Origin: Bugula neritina
Taxonomy: Eukaryota; Animalia; Bryozoa
Direction of reading: 5' to 3'
Assembly: GCA_964035545.1 (NCBI GenBank)
Contig: CAXIUT010000126.1
Coordinates: forward strand, 248,001-312,000
Length of the DNA: 64,000 bases
Part shown: positions 1 to 14,150 of the stretch, in pieces
Position numbering within the stretch: position 1 is the stretch's first letter
How the letters are laid out: every line of letters begins with the position of its first letter
Made by a program: the position numbers and the translations under genes
Notes under the pieces: generated by a model
What the model saw: only the letters and a program-made list of their open reading frames with translations
What the model was told of the DNA's origin: nothing
Databases searched by the model: none

Positions 1-860
1 TTCAATGTGTTACAGTGTATTTCGGTATATTACCGTATATTTAGGTATGTCGCAGTATATTTCAGTATGTTGCCGTATGTTTCAGTGTGTTGCAGTATAT
101 TTCATTTTGTTGCAGTGTATTTCAATTTGTTCCAGTGTATGTCAGTTTAATGCAGTATGTTGCAGTGTGTTTCAGTATGTTACAGTGTATTTCAGTATGT
201 TGCAGTATCTTGCAGTACATTTCAGTATGTTTTAGTATGTAGCAGTGTATTTCAGTATGTTGCAGTATATTTCAGTATGTTGCAGTATATTGCAATGTGT
301 CGCAGTATATTTCAGTATGTTGCTGTATATTTCAATGTGTTGCAGTATATTTCAGTATGTAGCAGTGTATTTCAGTATGTTGCAGTGTGTTGCAGTGTAA
401 TTCAGTATATTACATTGTATTTCAGTGTGTTGCAGTTCATTTCAGTATGTAGCAGGGTATTTCAGTATAGTGCAGTATATTTCAGTATGCTGCAGTATAT
501 TTCAGTGTGTTACTGTTTTTTCCAGTATGTTACAACACATTTCCGTATATTACACTATATTTCAGCGAGTTACAGTATATTTCAATGTGTTGCAGTGTAT
601 TGCAATATGTTACAGCGTATTTCGGTATGTTGCAGTGTGTTGCAGTGTAATTCAGTATATTACATTGTATTTCAGTGTGTAGCAGTTCATTTCAATATGT
701 AGCAGGGTATTTCAGTATAGTGCAGTGTATTTCAGTATGCTACAGCATATTTCAGTTTGTTGCAGTATATTGCAATGTGTCGCAGTATATTTCAGTATGT
801 TGCTGTATATTTCAATGTGTTGCAGTATATTTCAGTATGTAGCAGTGTATTTCAGTATGT

Positions 861-1840
861 TGCAGTATATTTCAGTGAGTTGCAGTAAATTCCAGTGTGC
901 TACAACATATTTCAGTGTGTTACAGTATATTGCAATGTGTCTCAGTATATTTCAGTATGTTGCAGTATTGTTCAATGTGTTACAGTATATTTCAGTAGTT
1001 TACCATACATTTCAGGACGTCGCAGTATATTTCAATGTGTTGCAGTGTATTTCAATATGTTACAGTGTATTTCAGTATGTTGTAGTATTATGCGGCGTAT
1101 TTCAGTATGTGGCAGTATCTTGCAGTATATTTCAGCATGTTGCAGTTATTTTCAATGTGTTACAGTATGTTTCAGTATATTACCGTATATTTAGGTATGT
1201 TGCAGTATATTTCAATGTGTTGCAGTGTATTTCAATATGTTCTAGTGTTTTGCAGTGTATTTCAGTTTGTTACAGTGTATTTCAGTATGTTGCAGTATGT
1301 TGCAGTATGTTTCAATATGTTACAGTGTATTTCAGCATGTTGCAGTATATTTCAGTGAGTTGCAGTAAATTCCAGTGTGCTACAACATATTTCAGTGTGT
1401 TACAGTATATTGCAATGTGTCGCAGTATATTTCAGTATGTTGCAGTATTGTTCAATGTGTTACAGTATATTTCAGTAGTTTACCATACATTTCAGGACGT
1501 CGCAGTATATTTCAATGTGTTGCAGTGTATTTCAATATGTTACAGTGTATTTCAGTATGTTGTAGTATTATGCGGCGTATTTCAGTATGTTGCAGTATCT
1601 TGCAGTATATTTCAGCATGTTGCAGTTATTTTCAATGTGTTACAGTATGTTTCAGTATATTACCGTATATTTAGGTATGTTGCAGTATATTTCAATGTGT
1701 TGCAGTGTATTTCAATATGTTCTAGTGTTTTGCAGTGTATTTCAGTTTGTTACAGTGTATTTCAGTATGTTGCAGTATGTTGCAGTATGTTTCAATATGT
1801 TACAGTGTATTTCAGCATGTTGCAGTATATTTCAGTGAGT
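861..1840 (+). repeat. 480-bp tandem HOR, 2 copies (repeated again at ~10081-11060)
   Basis: Rare markers tgcagtaaat-tccagtgtgc, ttcaggacgt and tgcggcgtat recur 480 bp apart. ORF starts 895/1375 and 1107/1587. Confidence 0.9.
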
Positions 1841-4800
1841 TGCAGTGTATTTCAGTGTGCTACAGCATATTTCAGTATGTTACAGTATATTGCAATGTGT
1901 CGCAGTATATTTCAGTAGGTTGCAGTATTTTTCAATGTGTTACAGTATATTTCATTAGTTTACCATATATTTCGGTGTGTTGCAGTATATTTCAATGTGT
2001 TGCAGTGTATTTCAATATGTTACAGTGTATGTCAGCATGTTGTAGTTTTTTGCAGAATATTTCAGTGTGTTGCAGTGTACTTCAGTATTTTGCAGTATTT
2101 TTCAATGTGTTACAGTATATTTCGGTATATTACCGTATATTTAGGTATGTTTCAGTATATTTCAATCTGTTGCAGTGTATTTCAATATGTTGTAGTATGT
2201 TGCAGTGTATTTCAGTATGTTACAGTGTATTTCAGTATGTTGCAGTATATTTCAGTATGTTACAGTGTATTTCAGTATGTTGCAGTATATTTCAGTGTGT
2301 TACAGTGTATTTCAGTATGTTGTAGTATATTTCAGTGTGTCACAGTATATTTCAGTATGTTGCAGTATTTTTCAATGTGTTGCAGTGTGTTTCAATATGT
2401 TACAGCGTATTTCAGTATGTTGCAGTGTATTTCAGTATGTAGCAGGGTATTTCAGTATGTTGCAGTGCATTTCAGTATGCTACAGCATATTTCAGTATGT
2501 TGCAGTATATTGCAATGTGTCGCAGTATATTTCAGTATGTTGCTGTATATTTCAATGTGTTACAGTATATTTCAGTAGTTTACCATACATTTCGGTACGT
2601 TGCAGTATATTTCAATGTGTTGCAGTGTATTTCAATATGTTACAGTGTATTTCAGTATGTTGTAGTATTTTGCCTCGTATTTCAGTAATTTGCAGTATCT
2701 TGCAGTGTATTTCAGTATGTTGCAGTATTTTTCAATGTGTTACCGTATATTTCAGTATATTACCATATATTTAGGTATGTTGCAGTATATTTCAATGTGT
2801 TGCAGTGTATTTCAATATGTTCTAGTAATTTGTGGTGTATTTCAGTATGTTACAGTGTACTTCAGTATGTTGCAGTATGTTTCAATGTGTTACAGTGTAT
2901 TTCAGTATTTTGCAGTATATTTCAGTGAGTTGCAGTGTATTTCAGTGTGCTACAGCATATTTCAGTATGTTGCAGTATATTGCAATGTGTCGCAGTATGT
3001 TGCAGTATTTTTCAATGTGTTACAGTATATTTCAGTAGTTTACCATATATTTCGGTATGTTGCAGTATATTTCAATGTGTTGCAGTGTATATCAATATGT
3101 TACAGTGTATTTGAGCATGTTGTAGTATTTTGCAGTGTATTTCAGTATGTTACAGTGTATTTCAGTATGTTGCAGTATGTTTCAATATGTTACAGTGTAT
3201 TTCAGTATTTTGCAGTATATTTCAGTGAGTTGCAGTGTATTTCAGTGTGCTACAGCATATTTCAGTATGTTACAGTATATTGCAATGTGTCGCAGTGTAT
3301 TTCAGTACGTTGCAGTATTTTTCAAGGTGTTACAGTATATTTCAGTAGTTTACCATATATTTCGGTATGTTGCAGTATATTTCAATGTGTTGCAGTGTAT
3401 ATCAATATGTTACAGTGTATTTGAGCATGTTGTAGTATTTTGCAGTGTATTTCAGTGTGTTGCAGTGTATTTCAGTATTTTGCAGTATTTTTCAATGTGT
3501 TACAGTGTATTTCGGTATATTACCGTATATTTAAGTATGTCGCAGTATACTTCAGTATGTTGCCGTATGTTTCAGTGTGTTGCAGTATATTTCATTTAGT
3601 TGCAGTGTATTTCAATTTGTTCCAGTGTATGTCAGTATAATGCAGTATGTTGCAGTGTGTTTCAGTATGTTACAGTGTATTTCAGTATGTTGCAGTATCT
3701 TGCAGTACATTTCAGTATGTTTTAGTATGTAGCAGTGTATTTCAGTATGTTGCAGTATATTTCAGTATGTTGCAGTATATTTCAGTGTGTTACTGTTTTT
3801 TCCAGTATGTTACAACACATTTCCGTATATTAAACTATATTTCAGCGAGTTACAGTATATTTCAATGTGTTGCAGTGTATTGCAATATGTTACAGCGTAT
3901 TTCGGTATGTTGCAGTGTGTTGCAGTGTAATTCAGTATATTACATTGTATTTCAGTGTGTTGCAGTTCATTTCAATATGTAGCAGGGTATTTCAGTATAG
4001 TGCAGTGTATTTCAGTATGCTACAGCATATTTCAGTATGTTGCAGTATATTGCAATGTGTCGCAGTATATTTCAGTATGTTGCAGTACGTTGCAGTATGT
4101 TTCAATATGTTACGGTGTATTTCAGCATGTTGCAGTATATTTCAGTGAGTTGCAGTGTATTTCAGTGTGCTACAGCATATTTCAGTATGTTACAGTATAT
4201 TGCAATGTGTCGCAGTATATTTCAGTATGTTGCAGTATTTTTCAATGTGTTACAGTATATTTCATTAGTTTACCATATACGTCGGTGTGTTGCAGTATAT
4301 TTCAATGTGTTGCAGTGTATTTCAATATGTTACAGTGTATTTCAGCATGTTGTAGTTTTTTGCAGAATATTTCAGTGTGTTGCAGTGTACTTTAGTATTT
4401 TGCAGTATTTTTCATTGTGTTACAGTATATTTCGGTATATTACCGTATATTTAGGTATGTTTCAGTATATTTCAATCTGTTGCAGTGTATTTCAATATGT
4501 TGTAGTATGTTGCAGTGTATTTCAGTATGTTACAGTGTATTTCAGTATGTTGCAGTATATTTCAGTATGTTACAGTGTATTTCAGTATGTTGCAGTATAT
4601 TTCAGTGTGTTACAGTGTATTTCAGTATGTTGTAGTATATTTCAGTGTGTTACAGTATATTTCAGTATGTTGCAGTATTTTTCAATGTGTTGCAGTGTAT
4701 TTCAATATGTTACAGCGTATTTCAGTATGTTGCAGTGTATTTCAGTATGTAGCAGGGTATTTCAGTATGTTGCAGTGCATTTCAGTATGCTACAGCATAT

Positions 4801-7640
4801 TTCTGTATGTTGCAGTATATTGCAATGTGTCGCAGTATATTTCAGTATGTTGCTGTATATTTCAATGTGTTACAGTATATTTCAGTAGTTTACCATACAT
4901 TTCGGTACGTTGCAGTATATTTCAATGTGTTGCAGTGTATTTCAATATGTTACAGTGTATTTCAGTATGTTGTAGTATTTTGCCGCGTATTTCAGTATGT
5001 TGCAGTATCTTGCAGTGTATTTCAGTATGTTGCAGTATTTTTCAATGTGTTACCGTATATTTCAGTATATTACCATATATTTAGGTATGTTGCAGTATAT
5101 TTCAATGTGTTGCAGTGTATTTCAATATGTTCTAGTAATTTGTGGTGTATTTCAGTATGTTACAGTGTATTTCAGTATGTTGCAGTATGTTTCAATATGT
5201 TACAGTGTATTTCAGTATTTTGCAGTATATTTCAGTGAGTTGCAGTGTATTTCAGTGTGCTACAGCATATTTCAGTATGTTGCAAAATATTGCAATGTGT
5301 CGCAGTATGTTGCAGTATTTTTCAATGTGTTACAGTATATTTCAGTAGTTTACCATATATTTCGGTATGTTGCAGTATATTTCAATGTGTTGCAGTGTAT
5401 ATCAATATGTTACAGTGTATTTGAGCATGTTGTAGTATTTTGCAGTGTATTTCAGAATGTTACAGTGTATTTCAGTATGTTGCAGTATGTTTCAATATGT
5501 TACAGTGTATTTCAGTATTTTGCAGTATATTCTAGTGAGTTGCAGTGTATTTCAGTGTGCTACAGCATATTTCAGTATGTTACAGTATATTGCAATGTGT
5601 CGCAGTGTATTTCAGTATGTTGCAGAATTTTTCAAGGTGTTACAGTATATTTCAGTAGTTTACCATATATTTCGGTATGTTGCAGTATATTTCAATGTGT
5701 TGCAGTGTATATCAATATGTTACAGTGTATTTGAGCATGTTGTAGTATTTTGCAGTGTATTTCAGTGTGTTGCAGTGTATTTCAGTATTTTGCAGTATTT
5801 TTCAATGTGTTACAGTGTATTTCGGTATATTACCGTATATTTAAGTATGTCGCAGTATACTTCAGTATGTTGCCGTATGTTTCAGTGTGTTGCAGTATAT
5901 TTCATTTAGTTGCAGTGTATTTCAATTTGTTCCAGTGTATGTCAGTATAATGCAGTATGTTGCAGTGTGTTTCAGTATGTTACAGTGTATTTCAGTATGT
6001 TGCAGTATCTTGCAGTACATTTCAGTATGTTTTAGTATGTAGCAGTGTATTTCAGTATGTTGCAGTATATTTCAGTATGTTGCAGTATATTTCAGTGTGT
6101 TACTGTTTTTTCCAGTATGTTACAACACATTTCCGTATATTAAACTATATTTCAGCGAGTTACAGTATATTTCAATGTGTTGCAGTGTATTGCAATATGT
6201 TACAGCGTATTTCGGTATGTTGCAGTGTGTTGCAGTGTAATTCAGTATATTACATTGTATTTCAGTGTGTTGCAGTTCATTTCAATATGTAGCAGGGTAT
6301 TTCAGTATAGTGCAGTGTATTTCAGTATGCTACAGCATATTTCAGTATGTTGCAGTATATTGCAATGTGTCGCAGTATATTTCAGTATGTTGCAGTACGT
6401 TGCAGTATGTTTCAATATGTTACGGTGTATTTCAGCATGTTGCAGTATATTTCAGTGAGTTGCAGTGTATTTCAGTGTGCTACAGCATATTTCAGTATGT
6501 TACAGTATATTGCAATGTGTCGCAGTATATTTCAGTATGTTGCAGTATTTTTCAATGTGTTACAGTATATTTCATTAGTTCACCATCTACTTCGGTGTGT
6601 TGCAGTATATTTCAATGTGTTGCAGTGTATTTCAATATGTTACAGTGTATTTCAGCATGTTGTAGTTTTTTGCAGAATATTTCAGTGTGTTGCAGTGTAC
6701 TTTAGTATTTTGCAGTATTTTTCAATGTGTTACAGTATATTTCGGTATATTACCGTATATTTAGGTATGTTTCAGTATATTTCAATCTGTTGCAGTGTAT
6801 TTCAATATGTTGTAGTATGTTGCAGTGTATTTCAGTATGTTACAGTGTATTTCAGTATGTTGCAGTATATTTCAGTATGTTACAGTGTATTTCAGTATGT
6901 TGCAGTATATTTCAGTGTGTTACAGTGTATTTCAGTATGTTGTAGTATATTTCAGTGTGTTACAGTATATTTCAGTATGTTGCAGTATTTTTCAATGTGT
7001 TGCAGTGTATTTCAATATGTTACAGCGTATTTCAGTATGTTGCAGTGTATTTCAGTATGTAGCAGGGTATTTCAGTATGTTGCAGTGCATTTCAGTATGC
7101 TACAGCATATTTCGGTATGTTGCAGTATATTGCAATGTGTCGCAGTATATTTCAGTATGTTGCTGTATATTTCAATGTGTTACAGTATATTTCAGTAGTT
7201 TATCATACATTTCGGTACGTTGCAGTATATTTCAATGTGTTGCAGTGTATTTCAATATGTTACAGTGTATTTCAGTATGTTGTAGTATTTTGCCGCGTAT
7301 TTCAGTATGTTGCAGTATCTTGCAGTGTATTTCAGTATGTTGCAGTATTTTTCAATGTGTTACCGTATATTTCAGTATATTACCATATATTTAGGTATGT
7401 TGCAGTATATTTCAATGTGTTGCAGTGTATTTCAATATGTTCTAGTAATTTGTGGTGTATTTCAGTATGTTACAGTGTATTTCAGTATGTTGCAGTATGT
7501 TTCAATATGTTACAGTGTATTTCAGTATTTTGCAGTATATTTCAGTGAGTTGCAGTGTATTTCAGTGTGCTACAGCATATTTCAGTATGTTGCAAAATAT
7601 TGCAATGTGTCGCAGTATGTTGCAGTATTTTTCAATGTGT
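1790..7640 (+). repeat. 2310-bp tandem HOR, about 2.5 copies
   Basis: Near-identical ORFs start at 2205/4515/6825, 3647/5957 and 3955/6265. Confidence 0.88.
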
Positions 7641-7910
7641 TACCGTATATTTCAGTATATTACCATATATTTAGGTATGTTGCAGTATATTTCAATGTGT
7701 TGCAGTGTATTTCAATATGTTCTAGTTATTTGTGGTGTATTTCAGTATGTTACAGTGTATTTCAGCATGTTGCAGTATGTTTCAATATGTTACAGTGTAT
7801 TTCAGTATTTTGCAGTATATTTCAGTGAGTTGCAGTGTATTTCAGTGTGCTACAGCATATTTCAGTATGTTGCAGTATATTGCAATGTGTCGCAGTATGT
7901 TGCAGTATTT
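7351..7910 (+). repeat. 280-bp tandem duplication
   Basis: The tctagtaatt/tctagttatt-tgtggtgtat marker is at 7441 and 7721. ORF starts 7452/7732. Confidence 0.85.
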
Positions 7911-9220
7911 TTCAATGTGTTACAGTATATTTCAGTAGTTTACCATATATTTCGGTATGTTGCAGTATATTTCAATGTGTTGCAGTGTATATCAATATGT
8001 TACAGTGTATTTGAGCATGTTGTAGTATTTTGCAGTGTATTTCAGTATGTTACAGTGTATTTCAGTATGTTGCAGTATGTTTCAATATGTTACAGTGTAT
8101 TTCAGTATTTTGCAGTATATTTCAGTGAGTTGCAGTGTATTTCAGTGTGCTACAGCATATTTCAGTATGTTACAGTATATTGCAATGTGTCGCAGTGTAT
8201 TTCAGTATGTTGCAGTATTTTTCAATGTGTTACAGTGTATTTCGGTATATTACCGTATATTTAGGTATGTCGCAGTATATTTCAGTATGTTGCCGTATGT
8301 TTCAGTGTGTTGCAGTGTATTTCATTTAGTTGCAGTGTATTTCAATTTGTTCCAGTGTATGTCAGTATAATGCAGTATGTTGCAGTGTGTTTCAGTATGT
8401 TACAGTGTATTTCAGTATGTTGCAGTATCTTGCAGTACATTTCAGTATGTTTTAGTATGTAGCAGTGTATTTCAGTATGTTGCAGTATATTTCAGTATGT
8501 TGCAGTATATTTCAGTGTGTTACTGTTTTTTCCAGTATGTTACAACACATTTCCGTATATTAAACTATATTTCAGCGAGTTACAGTATATTTCAATGTGT
8601 TGCAGTGTATATCAATATGTTACAGTGTATTTGAGCATGTTGTAGTATTTTGCAGTGTATTTCAGTTTGTTACAGTGTATTTCAGTAGGTTGCAGTATGT
8701 TGCAGTATGTTTCAATATGTTACAGTGTATTTCAGCATGTTGCAGTATATTTCAGTGAGTTGCAGTGTATTTCAGTGTGCTACAGCATATTTCAGTATGT
8801 TACAGTATATTGCAATGTGTCGCAGTGTATATCAATATGTTACAGTGTATTTGAGCATGTTGTAGTATTTTGCAGTGTATTTCAGTATGTTGCAGTATCT
8901 TGCAGTGTATTTCAGTATGTTGCAGTATTTTTCAATGTGTTACCGTCTATTTCAGTATATTACCATATATTTAGGTATGTTGCAGTATATTTCAATGTGT
9001 TGCAGTGTATTTCAATATGTTCTAGTAATTTGCAGTGTGTTTCAGTATGTTACAGTGTATTGCAGTATGTTGCAGTATGTTTCAATATGTTACAGTGTAT
9101 TTCAGCATGTTGCAGTATATTTCAGTGAGTTGCAGTGTATTTCAGTGTGCTACAGCATATTTCAGTATGTTACAGTATATTGCAATGTGTCGCAGTGTAT
9201 TTCAGTATGTTGCAGTATTT

Positions 9221-12200
9221 TTCAATGTGTTACAGTGTATTTCGGTATATTACCGTATATTTAGGTATGTCGCAGTATATTTCAGTATGTTGCCGTATGT
9301 TTCAGTGTGTTGCAGTATATTTCATTTTGTTGCAGTGTATTTCAATTTGTTCCAGTGTATGTCAGTTTAATGCAGTATGTTGCAGTGTGTTTCAGTATGT
9401 TACAGTGTATTTCAGTATGTTGCAGTATCTTGCAGTACATTTCAGTATGTTTTAGTATGTAGCAGTGTATTTCAGTATGTTGCAGTATATTTCAGTATGT
9501 TGCAGTATATTGCAATGTGTCGCAGTATATTTCAGTATGTTGCTGTATATTTCAATGTGTTGCAGTATATTTCAGTATGTAGCAGTGTATTTCAGTATGT
9601 TGCAGTGTGTTGCAGTGTAATTCAGTATATTACATTGTATTTCAGTGTGTTGCAGTTCATTTCAGTATGTAGCAGGGTATTTCAGTATAGTGCAGTATAT
9701 TTCAGTATGCTGCAGTATATTTCAGTGTGTTACTGTTTTTTCCAGTATGTTACAACACATTTCCGTATATTACACTATATTTCAGCGAGTTACAGTATAT
9801 TTCAATGTGTTGCAGTGTATTGCAATATGTTACAGCGTATTTCGGTATGTTGCAGTGTGTTGCAGTGTAATTCAGTATATTACATTGTATTTCAGTGTGT
9901 AGCAGTTCATTTCAATATGTAGCAGGGTATTTCAGTATAGTGCAGTGTATTTCAGTATGCTACAGCATATTTCAGTTTGTTGCAGTATATTGCAATGTGT
10001 CGCAGTATATTTCAGTATGTTGCTGTATATTTCAATGTGTTGCAGTATATTTCAGTATGTAGCAGTGTATTTCAGTATGTTGCAGTATATTTCAGTGAGT
10101 TGCAGTAAATTCCAGTGTGCTACAACATATTTCAGTGTGTTACAGTATATTGCAATGTGTCTCAGTATATTTCAGTATGTTGCAGTATTGTTCAATGTGT
10201 TACAGTATATTTCAGTAGTTTACCATACATTTCAGGACGTCGCAGTATATTTCAATGTGTTGCAGTGTATTTCAATATGTTACAGTGTATTTCAGTATGT
10301 TGTAGTATTATGCGGCGTATTTCAGTATGTGGCAGTATCTTGCAGTATATTTCAGCATGTTGCAGTTATTTTCAATGTGTTACAGTATGTTTCAGTATAT
10401 TACCGTATATTTAGGTATGTTGCAGTATATTTCAATGTGTTGCAGTGTATTTCAATATGTTCTAGTGTTTTGCAGTGTATTTCAGTTTGTTACAGTGTAT
10501 TTCAGTATGTTGCAGTATGTTGCAGTATGTTTCAATATGTTACAGTGTATTTCAGCATGTTGCAGTATATTTCAGTGAGTTGCAGTAAATTCCAGTGTGC
10601 TACAACATATTTCAGTGTGTTACAGTATATTGCAATGTGTCGCAGTATATTTCAGTATGTTGCAGTATTGTTCAATGTGTTACAGTATATTTCAGTAGTT
10701 TACCATACATTTCAGGACGTCGCAGTATATTTCAATGTGTTGCAGTGTATTTCAATATGTTACAGTGTATTTCAGTATGTTGTAGTATTATGCGGCGTAT
10801 TTCAGTATGTTGCAGTATCTTGCAGTATATTTCAGCATGTTGCAGTTATTTTCAATGTGTTACAGTATGTTTCAGTATATTACCGTATATTTAGGTATGT
10901 TGCAGTATATTTCAATGTGTTGCAGTGTATTTCAATATGTTCTAGTGTTTTGCAGTGTATTTCAGTTTGTTACAGTGTATTTCAGTATGTTGCAGTATGT
11001 TGCAGTATGTTTCAATATGTTACAGTGTATTTCAGCATGTTGCAGTATATTTCAGTGAGTTGCAGTGTATTTCAGTGTGCTACAGCATATTTCAGTATGT
11101 TACAGTATATTGCAATGTGTCGCAGTATATTTCAGTAGGTTGCAGTATTTTTCAATGTGTTACAGTATATTTCATTAGTTTACCATATATTTCGGTGTGT
11201 TGCAGTATATTTCAATGTGTTGCAGTGTATTTCAATATGTTACAGTGTATGTCAGCATGTTGTAGTTTTTTGCAGAATATTTCAGTGTGTTGCAGTGTAC
11301 TTCAGTATTTTGCAGTATTTTTCAATGTGTTACAGTATATTTCGGTATATTACCGTATATTTAGGTATGTTTCAGTATATTTCAATCTGTTGCAGTGTAT
11401 TTCAATATGTTGTAGTATGTTGCAGTGTATTTCAGTATGTTACAGTGTATTTCAGTATGTTGCAGTATATTTCAGTATGTTACAGTGTATTTCAGTATGT
11501 TGCAGTATATTTCAGTGTGTTACAGTGTATTTCAGTATGTTGTAGTATATTTCAGTGTGTCACAGTATATTTCAGTATGTTGCAGTATTTTTCAATGTGT
11601 TGCAGTGTGTTTCAATATGTTACAGCGTATTTCAGTATGTTGCAGTGTATTTCAGTATGTAGCAGGGTATTTCAGTATGTTGCAGTGCATTTCAGTATGC
11701 TACAGCATATTTCAGTATGTTGCAGTATATTGCAATGTGTCGCAGTATATTTCAGTATGTTGCTGTATATTTCAATGTGTTACAGTATATTTCAGTAGTT
11801 TACCATACATTTCGGTACGTTGCAGTATATTTCAATGTGTTGCAGTGTATTTCAATATGTTACAGTGTATTTCAGTATGTTGTAGTATTTTGCCTCGTAT
11901 TTCAGTAATTTGCAGTATCTTGCAGTGTATTTCAGTATGTTGCAGTATTTTTCAATGTGTTACCGTATATTTCAGTATATTACCATATATTTAGGTATGT
12001 TGCAGTATATTTCAATGTGTTGCAGTGTATTTCAATATGTTCTAGTAATTTGTGGTGTATTTCAGTATGTTACAGTGTACTTCAGTATGTTGCAGTATGT
12101 TTCAATATGTTACAGTGTATTTCAGTATTTTGCAGTATATTTCAGTGAGTTGCAGTGTATTTCAGTGTGCTACAGCATATTTCAGTATGTTGCAGTATAT

Positions 12201-13288
12201 TGCAATGTGTCGCAGTATGTTGCAGTATTTTTCAATGTGTTACAGTATATTTCAGTAGTTTACCATATATTTCGGTATGTTGCAGTATATTTCAATGTGT
12301 TGCAGTGTATATCAATATGTTACAGTGTATTTGAGCATGTTGTAGTATTTTGCAGTGTATTTCAGTATGTTACAGTGTATTTCAGTATGTTGCAGTATGT
12401 TTCAATATGTTACAGTGTATTTCAGTATTTTGCAGTATATTTCAGTGAGTTGCAGTGTATTTCAGTGTGCTACAGCATATTTCAGTATGTTACAGTATAT
12501 TGCAATGTGTCGCAGTGTATTTCAGTACGTTGCAGTATTTTTCAAGGTGTTACAGTATATTTCAGTAGTTTACCATATATTTCGGTATGTTGCAGTATAT
12601 TTCAATGTGTTGCAGTGTATATCAATATGTTACAGTGTATTTGAGCATGTTGTAGTATTTTGCAGTGTATTTCAGTGTGTTGCAGTGTATTTCAGTATTT
12701 TGCAGTATTTTTCAATGTGTTACAGTGTATTTCGGTATATTACCGTATATTTAGGTATGTCGCAGTATATTTCAGTATGTTGCTGTATGTTTCAGTGTGT
12801 TGCAGTATATTTCATTTAGTTGCAGTGTATTTCAATTTGTTCCAGTGTATGTCAGTATAATGCAGTATGTTGCAGTGTGTTTCAGTATGTTACAGTGTAT
12901 TTCAGTATGTTGCAGTATCTTGCAGTACATTTCAGTATGTTTTAGTATGTAGCAGTGTATTTCAGTATGTTGCAGTATATTTCAGTATGTTGCAGTATAT
13001 TTCAGTGTGTTACTGTTTTTTCCAGTATGTTACAACACATTTCCGTATATTAAACTATATTTCAGCGAGTTACAGTATATTTCAATGTGTTGCAGTGTAT
13101 TGCAATATGTTACAGCGTATTTCGGTATGTTGCAGTGTGTTGCAGTGTAATTCAGTATATTACATTGTATTTCAGTGTGTTGCAGTTCATTTCAATATGT
13201 GGCAGGGTATTTCAGTATAGTGCAGTGTATTTCAGTATGCTACAGCATATTTCAGTATGTTGCAGTATATTGCAATGTGTCGCAGTAT
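9221..13288 (+). repeat. Near-identical copy of 1-~4068 (offset 9220 bp)
   Basis: ORF pairs 157/9377, 725/9945, 1937/11157 and 3647/12867. Private variants (ctcagtatat, ggcagtatct, tgcctcgtat-ttcagtaatt) are shared. Confidence 0.92.
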
Positions 13289-14150
13289 GTTGCAGTATTT
13301 TTCAATGTGTTACAGTATATTTCAGTAGTTTACCATATATTTCGGTATGTTGCAGTATATTTCAATGTGTTGCAGTGTATATCAATATGTTACAGTGTAT
13401 TTGAGCATGTTGTAGTATTTTGCAGTGTATTTCAGTATGTTACAGTGTATTTCAGTATGTTGCAGTATGTTTCAATATGTTACAGTGTATTTCAGTATTT
13501 TGCAGTATATTTCAGTGAGTTGCAGTGTATTTCAGTGTGCTACAGCATATTTCAGTATGTTACAGTATATTGCAATGTGTCGCAGTGTATTTCAGTATGT
13601 TGCAGTATTTTTCAAGGTGTTACAGTATATTTCAGTAGTTTACCATATATTTCGGTATGTTGCAGTATATTTCAATGTGTTGCAGTGTATATCAATATGT
13701 TACAGTGTATTTGAGCATGTTGTAGTATTTTGCAGTGTATTTCAGTGTGTTGCAGTGTATTTCAGTATTTTGCAGTATTTTTCAACGTGTTACAGTGTAT
13801 TTCGGTATATTACCGTATATTTAGGTATGTCGCAGTATATTTCAGTATGTTGCCGTATGTTTCAGTGTGTTGCAGTATATTTCATTTAGTTGCAGTGTAT
13901 TTCAATTTGTTCCAGTGTATGTCAGTATAATGCAGTATGTTGCAGTGTGTTTCAGTATGTTACAGTGTATTTCAGTATGTTGCAGTATCTTGCAGTACAT
14001 TTCAGTATGTTTTAGTATGTAGCAGTGTATTTCAGTATGTTGCAGTATATTTCAGTATGTTGCAGTATATTTCAGTGTGTTACTGTTTTTTCCAGTATGT
14101 TACAACACATTTCCGTATATTAAACTATATTTCAGCGAGTTACAGTATAT
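12210..14150 (+). repeat. 1070-bp tandem HOR, about 1.8 copies
   Basis: ORF pairs 12355/13425, 12660/13730 and 12867/13937. Confidence 0.8.
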
